Positions 34,247 to 46,946 of a stretch of DNA of 64,000 nucleotides are shown in pieces. How positions within the stretch are numbered: position 1 is the stretch's first letter; each line of letters starts with the position of its first letter. Under the pieces are notes generated by a model. It ran no database searches. It was not told where the DNA came from and was given only the letters and a program-made list of their open reading frames with translations. Both the position numbers and the translations under genes were made by a program. The DNA is from Diadema antillarum. Its lineage: Eukaryota. The stretch spans positions 434,001 through 498,000 of the forward strand of contig NW_027271646.1 in NCBI RefSeq assembly GCF_040938485.1, in the 5' to 3' direction.

Positions 34247-35025
34247 GGCCCCTTAATATGAGAAAATAATTATGACATCAAGGAAATACACGAATACGTC
34301 ATGCATTCTTCAGTGTTACAGCGAGCGCTGTTTCCGACATGGATATGATGCTTCGATATACTCATGCGGATTACATGTAGGTGTAACGGCTGCTGATATT
34401 TTTTGACGTCATACTGGAACGGGACAATGATAATTGTTGTGGTCGAGCGACCACGCATTCATACCGCGAGGGCCTGCTTGGCTAAACTAGGTCAAAGATC
34501 TATTATCTGTATTCACTGGAGAGGAAACTTTTGTAAGTTGGGTTGGCTTGCGGAGCACTCTTAGTTTTCCACACGTTATACGCGTATCACTGCCATAAGT
34601 GGTATAAGGGAAGGATGTAGTGATCCAGAACACAGGGATTTATGAGACACAAGATTTACTAGAGTGACGCACGGGAAGAAGGCTGCCCAGACCTGTCTGT
34701 TATATCTCATCACAGTTATTTCTTTGAAGTTTTGCTTCTCCTTCGCATTTGATCACGTTAGATCACTGGTTGGCAAAGTCGCTTTTCGCTACGTAGGCTG
34801 CATGTATACATGTAGACATGCGGCTTCTTCTTTATAGACTCAAAGAGTGTTTGGTGATAAAGCACATGCTTGTACGATATTTGTGTGATTGCGACCGTTC
34901 TTCTGTCTGAAGATCTTGGAGCATAATAGTTTGAGGTAGCTTTCTCTCTGCAAACCTGCAAGTTGACTGAAACTGGCCATTCAAATAAAGCAACCCAAGG
35001 ACTTGCTTGAGAGAAGAAAAAAAAA

Positions 35026-35121
35026 ATGTCTTCGAGGAAAGGATCATGCCAATGTTCTCGACCCAAATGTTCCGATTTCGGTCTCGGGGGCGTGCCAGCG
35101 TCCGTCTTCGTGAAGGCCCAG
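35026..35121 (+). CDS. rost-like: Rolling stone-like protein A, coding exon 1 of 3; join(35026-35121,38404-38641,39488-40014), 286 aa
   Basis: ATG...DFGLGGVPASVFVKAQ then CAG|GTAAGC donor (phase 0); matches the FGL...F..Q first-exon motif also seen in paralogue B. Confidence 0.8.
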
Positions 35122-36440
35122 GTAAGCTAGTGATTCCGTACGTATAAACCCCTGAAGTCCTTAATCATCTGAAACCAGTGCTTTTAACGTATACCATTAA
35201 CCTCTCATCATAGCATTAACAGAGGTTCTTCTTAACGCACACTAACGATTAGTGAACGCAACCAAAAGGTCAGATATGGCAGCTGACGTGGACAACAAAA
35301 ACATAGTGCATGAGAAAGCAATGGCGGTAGGCCACAGCAGCTTTCTTGAAAGTAGTAGGTTTCTAGCTTTTTACGAACATTATGTGATCTGTTGCCATTC
35401 ATGACCGACTTGCAGCAAAATCAACATGCTTTGACGTGTATTTTCAAAACATTTCACTCTGTACACACTATATTATAGCTGCAAACAAGTATAGGTTACA
35501 TTATACACGGTGTATAGCAAACCGGAAGTAGGCCCCCTCTATATCACGCCCACATCTTGTAGTTACTCATCTTGACAACGGATAGAGTTTCATGGATACA
35601 CTCGCTTGAAATTTGTCTCAGCTTTATACAGGTAGCACAATCAAAATTCACCAACCACTACAATAGAATGATAGACCTTGACCCCAATCAACACTGACGA
35701 ATAAAAACGACATAGGCCTACACATTATTACTTGCGTTGAGAAGGCCTATATTACGTATGTATTTTATCTATTCATTTTTTACCTTTTGGTACGGTGGAG
35801 GGTACTTTAACCAGCCTACTTTATAAGAAATTCCTTTAAAAGAAAAGAAGTACTAAATGGATTAGATTTTCTTGCTGTATTGAAATTTGAAACTATCACA
35901 GACAAATCATTTAATGTGTTCTCGTAATAAACTATGTTAGCTTCTATTTGACACAAGAGCCTGAGCTAACATCTGTATTAAGCAATTACATGTTAATACC
36001 GTTTGCTCGTTAACGTTTACAATAGTGCTGCGGTGAGAAGAATTAGAGAAGCTTCACCAACCATATTGAATTCATGGGTCTTCGTTTACGCCTGAGGAAA
36101 ATCCAGTAGGCTTTCTAACAATGTTTTCAGTTCCCTCTGCAACGCATAGGCTGCAGTTCAGTTCCGTGTGCCATACGTAGCTACATGGTTATGCGTGTTT
36201 AGTCATAATTTTTCCCCCTGCATATTTCCCTTTCAATTCCAGTTATGGATCGTATAGAAACTCTGTCAGTCGTGACTCATACAATACCTTCCTCCCGGCG
36301 AGTTTGTTTTGGAGGGTGGGTTGAAAACCAGGCCGACAGCACAGTGTAGTTGGTTGTAGGCGTTGGGTATATAGGAGTGCTGAAATGTGCCCTTCCGATC
36401 CGGTATACAGTCTGCTACACGCCATGTGGTCCGCAGCTTA

Positions 36441-37532
36441 AGGCCGTGTCACACCTTTCCGGGCAAGCTACGTGGGCTTTGTTGCGAGGAGAGAATTTCC
36501 AGCACGCAGGAGAATTTTCCGCGGGCGGAGAAGAATATTTGCGAGTTTCGCACTTGTTTCTTACCTACTAGACGCGTGCTACTTACCTTCTACTTGCGTG
36601 CATTCCGTTTGACCTTCGTGAGAGCTTTGAAACCGATCCGTTTTCTGTTACGAGCGACTTACGGGTACTGAGAAGTACCTGCGCTGGAGTTGCCAGCGAG
36701 GTGCTGGCGGTAAGTGTCTCCTGCTGGTGTTCTGTGTGTACCTCTGCGAGCGAACCCCCACGACTCACTCGGAACAAATTTTGAACATGCCAAAGGCCTT
36801 GTCATACCGTATCTGGAGAAGTTTTGCGGCTTGACTTGCGGGTAAACAAATTTGCTACCCGGAGCTCTCCGTAGTTGGTCCGCACCTGACAGTACCTACC
36901 CCGTATCTCGCCTGTAGTTGCCCGGAGGAGCGCACGCAAGTCCGATTTAACCGCAGCCAAGTTTTGAGCGTGACCAAAATTTTTTCCGGGTGAGTCGCGG
37001 GGATGCCCGGAGAGGTCCACGCAGAACGCCAGTAGGAGGCCCTTAGCGGCAGCATCTCGCAGGTAACTCCCACGCAGGTACTTCGCACTCCCCGTATGCA
37101 GCCAAGATAATGGCATTCTATGGGACTCCTGTCATTCCTTCAGAGGAATAATTGCTTCACTGAGTTGTCAGCCCCCACGCGCCTGGCACACAGATCACAA
37201 AGTATACCCGCAAGTAGAATTTAAGTAGAACGCGTCCAGCATAGTAACACACATGCACTGACTCGCCCAGATTCTTGTCCGCCCTCAGAAATTGTCCGGT
37301 ATGCTGGAAAATCCCTACACGCAACAAGCCCCCGTTGCTTGGCCGGAAAGGTGTGACTGGGCCTAAACATGGTTGCGGATAAAAAGATTTGCGAGCGCAC
37401 CTCCGGGCGACTACGGGTGAGATACGTGCTAGGTACTGCCATGTGCGGGTCATCTACGGGGACCTCCGAGTAGTAAAAATTGTTCTTCGCAAGTCGCACG
37501 CAAGGCTTGCCCGGAAAGGTGTGACACGGCCT
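36441..37532. mobile_element. PIF/Harbinger non-autonomous element (1092 bp) in intron 1 of rost-like A
   Basis: 28-bp perfect TIR AGGCCGTGTCACACCTTTCCGGGCAAGC / GCTTGCCCGGAAAGGTGTGACACGGCCT; TSD TTA (36438-40, 37533-35). Confidence 0.85.
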
Positions 37533-38403
37533 TTAGTACAGAAAACTCGTAGCACGCACATTTTTACAGCATAATATGTCTTTCATGGATGGAGATACAC
37601 CAACCTGTATACATACATGTAGCAAAGGCATACAGAATAGGCTGTATCTCTGTCAAATTGAACTTTTGATTAGCGAGGAAAAGAACAACAACAGACTTAA
37701 ATCGAATTTTATATCCTCCATCTAGGTGACTGCTTGGCCTTATGGGTTTAGGTTTAAGAACACTGTCGGTACCCTTTGGTTATACAGCAAATTTCGTCTC
37801 CCCTCCCTGGTTAGACAGTCTACCGGGGAGGACTGGCGAGACGAAACAAGGGGTACCTCCTTGTCTACTGGTAATTGTCACTATCAATGAGTTCGTATAA
37901 CTTCTTCGCAGCAATGTCTCAATTAACATTATACATTTACAGCTGTATATCATTTGCTTATACTATACACGGTTTGTTTGTCCGCATGATTATTAAGTAG
38001 TTAGTTATGTATACTTGATAATGGATCATAATATTAATAATGATAATGATAATAATAATAATATATTTTAATTGTCAGATATATAAACATATTCATATAT
38101 ATATGTATATATATATATATATATACATATATATATCAATATTGACTTATATTCATATCATTATACACCCGACGTGTGACACATCTGCAGTCTCTCAATT
38201 TTTAACTTATTCTAGTAATATTTGTAAATTTAACTGAGCCTATACAGTTCCGAATAAAATAATCATTTCTTTGAAGAGTAATCAAAAGGGTAGTCATTAT
38301 TACTATTATTATTATTATTATTATTATTATTATCATTATTATTATTATACTTCGTTATTCTGTCCTCAAAATTAAAGATTCTCTTTTGATATTATCTCTG
38401 CAG

Positions 38404-38641
38404 TGTCCCATGCCCTCTGCCGTATTCCTGGTCTACCGACTGGTGGTGACGTTGTACCTGTTCGGCTATTTCCTCTATAACTTCATTCTGTCGGTGCGAC
38501 CCGGAGGGCCGTTTGGTGGCTACTACTTTATCTACCTGACCAACTGGGGGTACATCATTATGCTTGCATACCTTTTCTGCGCCCTTTGGAATCTCATCGT
38601 TTTTATGATGTGCCAGAGAAACGACAGAAATATTGATGAAG
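38404..38641 (+). CDS. rost-like: Rolling stone-like protein A, exon 2
   Basis: CTGCAG acceptor, PSAVFLVYR and FIYLTNWG motifs, G|GTGAGG donor (phase 1). Confidence 0.88.
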
Positions 38642-39487
38642 GTGAGGCTATACTGCAGTTTAATGCCTGCAGTTTGTACGCGGTTGCTTCGTATACGTTA
38701 ATCGCTTTTATTGTAGTTACTTTTCTTTTCTAGAATGGATTATCATTGTACTGTACGATTCTAGCGAGGACAATTAATGCCATATCCTCCGAAAAATGTT
38801 CACATTATATAATTTTGAATTGAAAAATCAGACATCTATACAGAACAAACTTGTAAATATTGACAGTCAATGTAATCACATCTTAAATTGAATTTCAAAG
38901 GGGGGGGGGGGGGGAGAGAGAAAATAGACTATACTCATACCCGCGTTTCCTGCCTGCCCTGTTTCGTGCAGCAAGCATAGCATGCGTTCTGTGCAACGGA
39001 CGAGACAAAGTACTAGAATTCCATTTTATTGCCCACTAAGTTACACGCAAAATCCCACCGACTTTCGTCAGCAGGCAATGAAACATTTTCTGCCCGCAAT
39101 TTTGTTTGCTTGCCAAAGTGCGGCAAAAAGAATGAATGTAAGAAAAAAACAAAACAAAATGGTAATACTAAGCTCAGCTGTCTGATATGGTTAATGATGC
39201 AAAACGAATAAACTGTAGTCATCACGATTATAGTCGATTAGAGTAACAACTCAGAAGTAAACATTGCTGGTATATCGCAAATTAATGTAAAATACTCGAA
39301 TACGAGAAATTTAAAGGATTTTTTTTTTTTAAATCATGTTTCACTGAAGGAAACTTGGTAAATATTGTGTGCAGGCTTATGGGAGACCCTAAAGGCAATG
39401 GCGATTGCCAACTCAAGCAACTCTTACAAAATTGTTTCTAACGTGATGCACAAAAGAAATGAACATCATGTTTGTAACTTCTCGCAG

Positions 39488-40014
39488 ATATCCCATGGTA
39501 TTTCTTCCAACGTGGACAATGGTTTCTCTTCAACATTTACGCTACGTCAAGCATCCTTATTTCTGTCTTGTACTGGGGCGCCATCCACGTTCCCGGGGCT
39601 GTCGGTCTGTACTACGACATCAACTTCCACCTCTTGAACGGACTTGTGGCGTTGGTCGAAATCTTTTTGACGGCAACGGTGGTGCGTGTGCTGCATTTCA
39701 TCTACCCATTCTGTCTCGGCGTCGCCTTCGTCGCATTCTCGGGTATCTACTGGGCGGCGATGGGCACGGATGAAGAGGGCAATCGATACATCTACCCGAT
39801 ACTCGATTACTCGGACAGGGCAGCACTGGCCTCAGGAGCAGCTGTCGGAGCCTGCTTCGCGGTAATTTTGATTCACGTATTGGTGGTCTGGGGATTCCAC
39901 AAGCTCAAGCTACTTTTGGTCTCTAAACTGTGTTCATCGTGCTCGCCAAATGTTAGGGCAGATTCAGACGTCGGACAAGAGATGGCTGCTAGCAACTCCT
40001 CCAACAATGCTTAA
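39488..40014 (+). CDS. rost-like: Rolling stone-like protein A, exon 3
   Basis: CTCGCAG acceptor. The frame continues DIPWYFFQRGQWFLFN...YWG...NFHLLN...YIYPILDY to TAA. Confidence 0.9.
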
Positions 40015-40761
40015 GAGATGCTCTCCATTTGATTAGTACATCAATCTTGCAGGAGCCGAGCTATCACCATCGTGATCAAGATGACTATGACAATAAGTAT
40101 ACCTCATTAGGAAGAAGTATAAGCCTATAAGAACAACTGTATGTCACGTAGATGGTGAATAGCACTTCAGTATGTGTTCCATTTACGATGGCCTGGTATA
40201 CACATGAATTTTTCGGCTCTGCCGCCAATATGAATAATCGACTGATATCGATGGTAGCACTTTTAGTTTCCTTGGTTGAATCCTGCTCTCACGAGCTGCG
40301 AAATTTTGGAGGAAAAGGATTAGCTAATGCAGACAAAATAGCTGTGACTGCTCGCGGGAACAGCACCAGGAATACGCTAAGACAAAATAAAACTACAGCA
40401 ACAACAAAAACAGAGCATTTTATGTGTTAGTTTACTGCAAGTCACGAAAGTACGTCCTGACAAGGGTTGATTGTCGAAAATGTTAAAAGAAAATATGTAT
40501 ATCTCATTGGATAGTCAATTCATCCATAAATATATTCTATCATGTATTTTTACAAGCTTTACATACACTTAACTGACAATAACTGATAATGGACATACAA
40601 TGTTATAAAATGAATGTATACGCATGTGTATGCGTGTGCGTCTATATAAGTATGTTCAGCATAGCCTATCTAATTCTACATTTGTTTCTTTGCTTTCAAT
40701 TTGTTCTTTGTCCAATCACTTGTAGTTGTAAACTCATGTACAAGTTTGATGTGAAAGTAAT

Positions 40762-40937
40762 CAGTGGCGGATCCAGGGGGGGGGGGGGGGCGCAACCGGC
40801 GTACGCCCCCCTTTATTTTTCGATAAAAACAACAGAAATAAAAAGAAAAAAATGAAATGAAACCCGGAAGGGGCATCAGAAATATTAGTTGCGCCCCCCC
40901 CCCCCCTTTTTACAGAATTCCTGCTGATCCGCCCCTG
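40762..40937 (+). mobile_element. G/C-tract MITE with 5-bp TSD (hAT5-like)
   Basis: CAGTGGCGGATCCAGG...TGATCCGCCCCTG; TSD GTAAT at 40757-61 and 40938-42. Confidence 0.75.
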
Positions 40938-41560
40938 GTAATTATGCGTTATTGATTGAGATGATACACGAATGCAGCCTGTGCAAACAATATGGCAAGA
41001 TTTCAAAACTATGCTGCATTGCTAATATTGTCACTCCTGTTAATTGAAATAAACGTGGAAAAAATGGAGATCTTTGTATGTGCGCTCGTGTGTGTGTGTT
41101 TGTCTCGTTGTTGGAGTTTGTATATTACAACGAGTGAGGACAGAATGTGACGAAAGAATATACGTCACAACAGGACCCCATTTCATAAAAAGTTGATATG
41201 ATAGCAACTCTTGCTGGAATGGCGATTGTCATGATAAGAATCCAGCTTCTTGTTGCTGTGGGAAGTTGCCATTCCAGCAAGAGTTGCTATCCTTAACATC
41301 TTTTATGAAATAGGGCCCTACATGGCCGATGTCGAGTCAAAAATATCTAGTAACGCCACCGTTGAGAATTTGTTCCATCGTAGATCCCGCACCATCATGA
41401 AAATGAAAGACATACAAGTCAGAAGCTTAACATAGCTCAAAGCTGTAAGAAATTGTTCCGTGCATTGTATAATACATGTAAGTACCCTGAAAATGGAATA
41501 AAAACCCGAGGAGAAAATTTTCCTCCCAAATGGCCATAATTGTTTTGATTAAAGGTGTTG

Positions 41561-41703
41561 NNNNNNNNNNNNNNNNNNNNNNNNNNNNNNNNNNNNNNNN
41601 NNNNNNNNNNNNNNNNNNNNNNNNNNNNNNNNNNNNNNNNNNNNNNNNNNNNNNNNNNNNNNNNNNNNNNNNNNNNNNNNNNNNNNNNNNNNNNNNNNNN
41701 NNN
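41561..41703. other. Assembly gap (143 N)
   Basis: N run. Confidence 0.98.
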
Positions 41704-43535
41704 AGGGAGGAAAAAGAAAACGGCAACAAACTTGATATGGGTACTGTGTTAATATCAAACACCATAAGGAAACGTTGAACTATATAGTCACATGGTTCTG
41801 TGACTACAACGTTTCCTGTGTAATTTTCCTGGATACCTTTGTTCACGACGAGCAAAACGGACAAACAAAACCTGAATTCCTGAATATGTGTGGGGAAATT
41901 GAGTTCATCTCTCTTCCATGAGGTGAGAGAACTGTTTTGCTCTAGATGAGGTCATCAGTCGAATCACAAGGAAATGAGTTCTTCGGAGAATATTTGTAAC
42001 CACTGCATGGCAATTCGCTTAAGGAAAATGCCAGCTAGGGACTGACAGGAACGCGAGAGAGGTCGAGTCAGAGTCACGTGACCAGAATTGGGGTCATTTA
42101 AAGGGATGTGTATACTTGCCCCAAAATATAAGAATGGATTTACTCAATGCAGATTTCTTTTTTTTTCCTCTCTTTTTTTTTTCTTATTGCTTTACGTGTC
42201 ATTAAGATTGAATAAGTCTGCAACATTTTCAGGAAACAGAATTTCTACGTGCCTTTAAGTTGTTGACATTATTGACACAGCACTCATGTGAGGGCAGTTT
42301 AATACTCCGCTACCTTCTTAAGGAGATATAATGTCAAGGATTCTTTCGCCATGTCAGAAAAAATGTATTTAAACTTTTAAGATTCTCTTTGTTTCTATCA
42401 ATGAGTAAATAATATTGATAAATGCTGATGACGATAACAACCAAAATAATAAGAATGATAATGATAACGGCGATATTGATGATAATCGTAATTGATAATG
42501 ATCATCATCATTATCACCACCAATATATCTCCTTAGAAGGAAGAAATGTACAAAGTGATTATCAAACAAGGACTACAGGAGAGTATACAACCATCAACAT
42601 TATGTCCGCATGAAAACAATGTTTGTGAAGGTATTATACTCTAGTTGTTTAGAACATAGCTAAAATGAGTTATTCAAAGAGAAAATAAAGAAACAAAGAA
42701 TAAGAATACGAATCTCCTTGCATTCCTGCCGCTTAACCATGCGATATAGTTAGTAGCCTTCAAAGTCCCCTAACATTCAGTTCCGTCACTAACTTGTCGA
42801 GTTGCACTGATGGGAATAGACGTACCAGTTATAAACACTGTATTTTTCTATCAAAATGATAAATCACGGAATTTTAATCATTCACATAACATATCTTAAC
42901 ATTTAACATATCTTTTTCCTGCATCCATGGAACATAAAGATTATCTTGCCTTTCATGATGTCATGGAAAAATAAGTTCAGTCAGAATAAGCACCACAATG
43001 CCCGAGCTCAAACGCACAAGCTCACAATAGTAAGCTATTAAGATGGTCGAGTGATAAGATAGATTTTTTTTTCTATAGGACTGAGAGAACGGTATATTAC
43101 AAAAGCTGGCTTGCTATTATGAGCTGGTGCACCTGGTTATTGCCAGGTATTATCAACTATATAATAAGGCATTGATATGCTTATTTTGTTTGCTTGACTT
43201 TACCATATCATGGTAGCGTCATCATAAAGGACAAGGCATATTTCTGATGGGTGGAGCTTTACGGTGGGTCAGAATAATTATAGGGGGGATCAATGATTAG
43301 GCTACAAAACATCCAATGCATAATATTCTACAATCACACAACCCCTGAACTTGACATGCGGAGACACATCGTTCACATCAGCAGAAGCCATCAAGGACCG
43401 GAAATGCTCGACAGGGGGTCTTTAACCCTCTCTGTGCAAATGATTAAAATGTACACATATTTCACTCACAAACCTACGAACAGGAAATTAATGTGGCAAG
43501 CAGAGACTGCCATGTGAGTGGCTCCGTGGAAGTGT

Positions 43536-43546
43536 GGGGAATCCCC
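43536..43546. promoter_or_regulatory. Candidate NF-kappaB site upstream of the death-domain gene
   Basis: GGGGAATCCCC (reverse complement GGGGATTCCCC) fits GGGRNWYYCC; about 465 bp before the ATG. An ETS core ACTTCCG lies at 43865-43871. Motif evidence only. Confidence 0.45.
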
Positions 43547-44009
43547 GCAATTCTACCAGCAGCAGTTCATGTATGGTACGCTTAACTGGTATTCGGAATA
43601 GTTGCTCCTATTATCACATGAACCTCACCAAATTCCATTTTCATGATCCTCAGTCTATATAAACTTAGCAGTTTGTAATCATAAAAGTGTTCAAATAATA
43701 CTCTCAAAAACTTCTGATAGTTGTCAAGACTTCTGCAAGGTGTATGGGATGGAAGTAGATGCTCTGCTCTCATGTTGTCATGTTTGCATTATGTGCATGG
43801 ATGGCTTGCCATAGATTTTGAATCCGCGCTCCTTCCGCTTGCGAGTTGCGAGTTTCACACACTCACTTCCGCGTATTAAATATGCAGCTACTGGTTAAAT
43901 AGGACGTTATTACTGCAGTAGAGCGTTAACTGTCGCCAGTTCATTACACTTCAATAGGCTAGAGTGAGTGTCGTTACAATTCAGCTGATTTGCATTATAC
44001 TCACTAAGA

Positions 44010-44277
44010 ATGAGCATACCATCTTTAACAGAGGAAGAACTGTATAATATCGCAGAGGACATTGAAATCGATAGCATACGACGTGTCGGTTTTCGTTTGG
44101 GCTACAATGATGCAGCGATACGAAGATTTGAACACGCAAACATGACCAGACCAAGCGGTTTCCAAGGGACCGCGGATATGCTCACCAAATGGTTCTCAAA
44201 GGGCGGTACGAGAGAACAGCTGTGCGGTCATCTGCGGGATAGCAAGCTTGTGAGACTTGCCAAACGAGTTGAAGATG
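44010..44277 (+). CDS. Tandem death-domain protein, exon 1 (DD1); proposed join(44010-44277,44769-44835,45716-46020,46942-46946), 214 aa
   Basis: LYNIAEDI..RRVGFRLG...IRRF...N...GTADML.KW death-domain pattern; G|GTGAGT donor. Confidence 0.82.
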
Positions 44278-44521
44278 GTGAGTGTATGCATGAAGTTTTG
44301 CAGACGTTAGCGAGGGTAACAACGTTTGCCATAAATATTGCTTGCCGCTGAACTTTCCATTTGTTAATTATTCTGGATAGGGTTGATTATAAGATATGAT
44401 TTATAAGCATAGAAGAAATTAATGTTCCAATAAAGATTTGCTGATTGTCAGAACATGTCGGATTTATGAACTATAATACAGCTGTATTGTGCTAATAATT
44501 ATGTGTGTATCTGTGTGTGTG

Positions 44522-44561
<40 letters not shown>

Positions 44562-44768
44562 CCTGTGTGATCATTCATACGAGCGTATAAATACAGTTGT
44601 ATTGATAATTTGGTTGAATAAGTGTGTGTGTGTGTGTGTGTGTGTGTGCACGTGTTCTACAAAAATAAATTTCTTTTGATATAATTTGTTCAGTGTATCA
44701 CAGTGCCTTTGAAGTATAAAGTGAGTTATAATTGTCAATGATTTTGCTTTACTTTTCTTCCGGTCTAG

Positions 44769-44835
44769 GAAAGTACGTCATACAAACAGCCAGAGAAGAT
44801 GAAGCAGTTTTACCTCAATCAGAGAGTAATGATGC
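44769..44835 (+). CDS. Tandem death-domain protein, exon 2 (linker)
   Basis: Pyrimidine tract plus CTAG acceptor and GC|GTGAGT donor; phases 1 and 2 join exons 1 and 3 without stops. Confidence 0.68.
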
Positions 44836-45254
44836 GTGAGTGGAAAGAGTATACATCACTTACGAAATGTTTGAATAGACCTTATTTCTGTCTTTGTGAT
44901 AATGGTTGAGAAAAAAACAAAAGAGTCTAAAGGTGATATTACGTCAAATTTTCCTACCTTTAATGCGTGGATAACAAAGGCAAATTTTACATCATAGACC
45001 TGTATGTTATCATTGGCTTTATGGTAATAGCAGTTGTTTGTTTGTTTCTCTATTTTTCACAGAATGTAAAAATCGCACTACATAGGAGCAAATGGGTATA
45101 GACACATTCAGAAGATATTATTTTCTCGGCCTATGCTCCAAATATATTTACTATAATCAGACGCAGTGATGCTTTCACGATGAAGATAAATGGTACGGAT
45201 ATCACAGGTAACTCAATGTTTGATTTGCTGATAGAATTATTAATTTTGATAATG

Positions 45255-45466
45255 ATAATAATGAGGTCTTCTTTACCCAGGGTAGTCACTTCAGTGTTGC
45301 CACTGCTCTACCAGAGGGCCCTAGTGTTGCCAGGTATACCCATTTATACACCTGGGTCGAGAGGGACATGGTGGCTAAAAACATTTTGTCCAAGGACGTA
45401 AGCACTGAGCGGAATCGAACTCGGATCCTCCGATTGGAAGTCAGGAGTCTTATCCACTCTCTATAC
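45255..45466 (-). mobile_element. tRNA-derived SINE with CORE-like body, in an intron of the DD gene
   Basis: Minus strand tRNA-like head with B-box GAGTTCGATTCC, then GTCCTTGGACAA...CCCAGGTGTATAAATGGGTA, and an ATT-rich tail. Confidence 0.65.
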
Positions 45467-45715
45467 ATTTGAATGTTTTGAAAATAATGAGCTGTCACTT
45501 CAATCTAAGTTTGCTGTGGAGAAAATAAAGTTCATTAAAGTCATTATAATTAGCTAAACTTTTTCTACACTGCATGGTGTAGGGCGTTTCTGATTTGTTT
45601 TTATGAGTCAAAATCAATGCAACAAAACAAAAATATGGCATGAACGTTTTTTGCTTTAGTGATTTCTGTTTCGTTTATTATTATTATTATTATTTTTTAC
45701 TGGTTGCTTCGTCAG

Positions 45716-46020
45716 TACTGCAACACAGAGAGGACGTGTTTCATCTCAAGTTAACCTAGAGGGCGTCCTTCCAAGCATTGCCAACGAAATTCCCTTGCAA
45801 GAAGTGGAGCGCCTTGGCCTAGCCTTAGGGTTCACCAATGCGGAAACCAATAGGTACGCAGAGAGCAACCTACAGGGAGCTCGAGTAACGATCAAGGGCA
45901 CCAAAGACATGTTGTTCAGTTGGAGGGCAAATGTTAAGCCGGAAGAGCAGAAGGACAGGTTACGAGCAGTTCTCATATCGGTCGGCCAGCTGGTGATAGC
46001 CAACAAATATCTTCCCCTTG
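45716..46020 (+). CDS. Tandem death-domain protein, exon 3 (DD2)
   Basis: GTCAG acceptor; LPSIANEI..ERLGLALG...NRY..SN...GTKDML.SW pattern; G|GTAAGT donor. Confidence 0.82.
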
Positions 46021-46034
46021 GTAAGTATGGGCAG

Positions 46035-46169
46035 GGCCCTATTTCATAAAACTTGTTATCAGTGACAATTGTTTTTACAAGCTACTGAAATCCTTGCATC
46101 TGATTGGCTGAAAGCAAATTTGTCATAGAAATGTAGCAGTTGTCACTGATAACAATATGAAACGGGGCC
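46035..46169. mobile_element. PIF/Harbinger-like MITE (135 bp)
   Basis: GGCCCTATTTCATA / TATGAAACGGGGCC ends, CAG/CTG flanks; core shared with 15975-16140. Confidence 0.65.
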
Positions 46170-46941
46170 CTGGGCGTGCGTGTGCGCACGTTGTTGATTT
46201 ATCATCGTTTAAATAAAAATCAATCTCAGTCCCAAGCTCAGTCGCAACTGCGTTGTGATATAGTCGACTCTGTTTACAACGAAATCTTTGTTACCGGCAG
46301 TTTTTTTTTTCGTTATATCGCGAGCAAAGTAGGCCCTATGTAACATAATATTGTTAGAAAAATAGAACAGTTTTTGTACAGTCGACATAAATATGCTGTT
46401 GATGTCGTCACCTCACAATGATTAATGATCTATGATGATTCAATGTGAATGTTTTTGAAAGTGGTTTGCTGATGGATTTTTGTACCATGCAAAAACAATA
46501 AATGAAATAAGATAATTTTCCATTGATCACACGAAAAAATCAAAAGAGAAATTATTGTTTCTGTCGTTAAAGTGTAATACAATGATGTTATTGTAACTAA
46601 TTGACAAATTGCCCTACGTCGACGTAACAAATGATGTTATTCCTTGTTGAATAACTTTAGAATGATAATTAGTTTATAGATATATACAGTGTAAGGATTT
46701 TAGCCCTGGGCGCAATTGCATGTGAATGAAAAAATAAACATTTTAACATTTTATGTATTCATATGGCAAGTTGTGAGGGGATGATATCATCTCTTTACTA
46801 TTTGCGTATTCATATTGACTGTTCAAGAACTATTTCCTGAAAAATTAGCTAAACTTCAAAATGACAAAACTACTAGTACCCTTTTTTCACATTCAATTCA
46901 ATTGTCATTGTTGTGCTAAAGATTTGTGTTCTCCATTGCAG

Positions 46942-46946
46942 GATAA
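46942..46946 (+). CDS. Tandem death-domain protein, putative terminal coding bases (G-stop)
   Basis: TTCTCCATTGCAG acceptor gives G|GA TAA. The alternative acceptor at 47059 gives G|AA TAA, so either choice stops after one residue. Confidence 0.45.

Noticed and set aside
45400-45466. tRNA gene
   Set aside because: Only a tRNA-like head with a B-box, followed by a SINE body; no complete cloverleaf.
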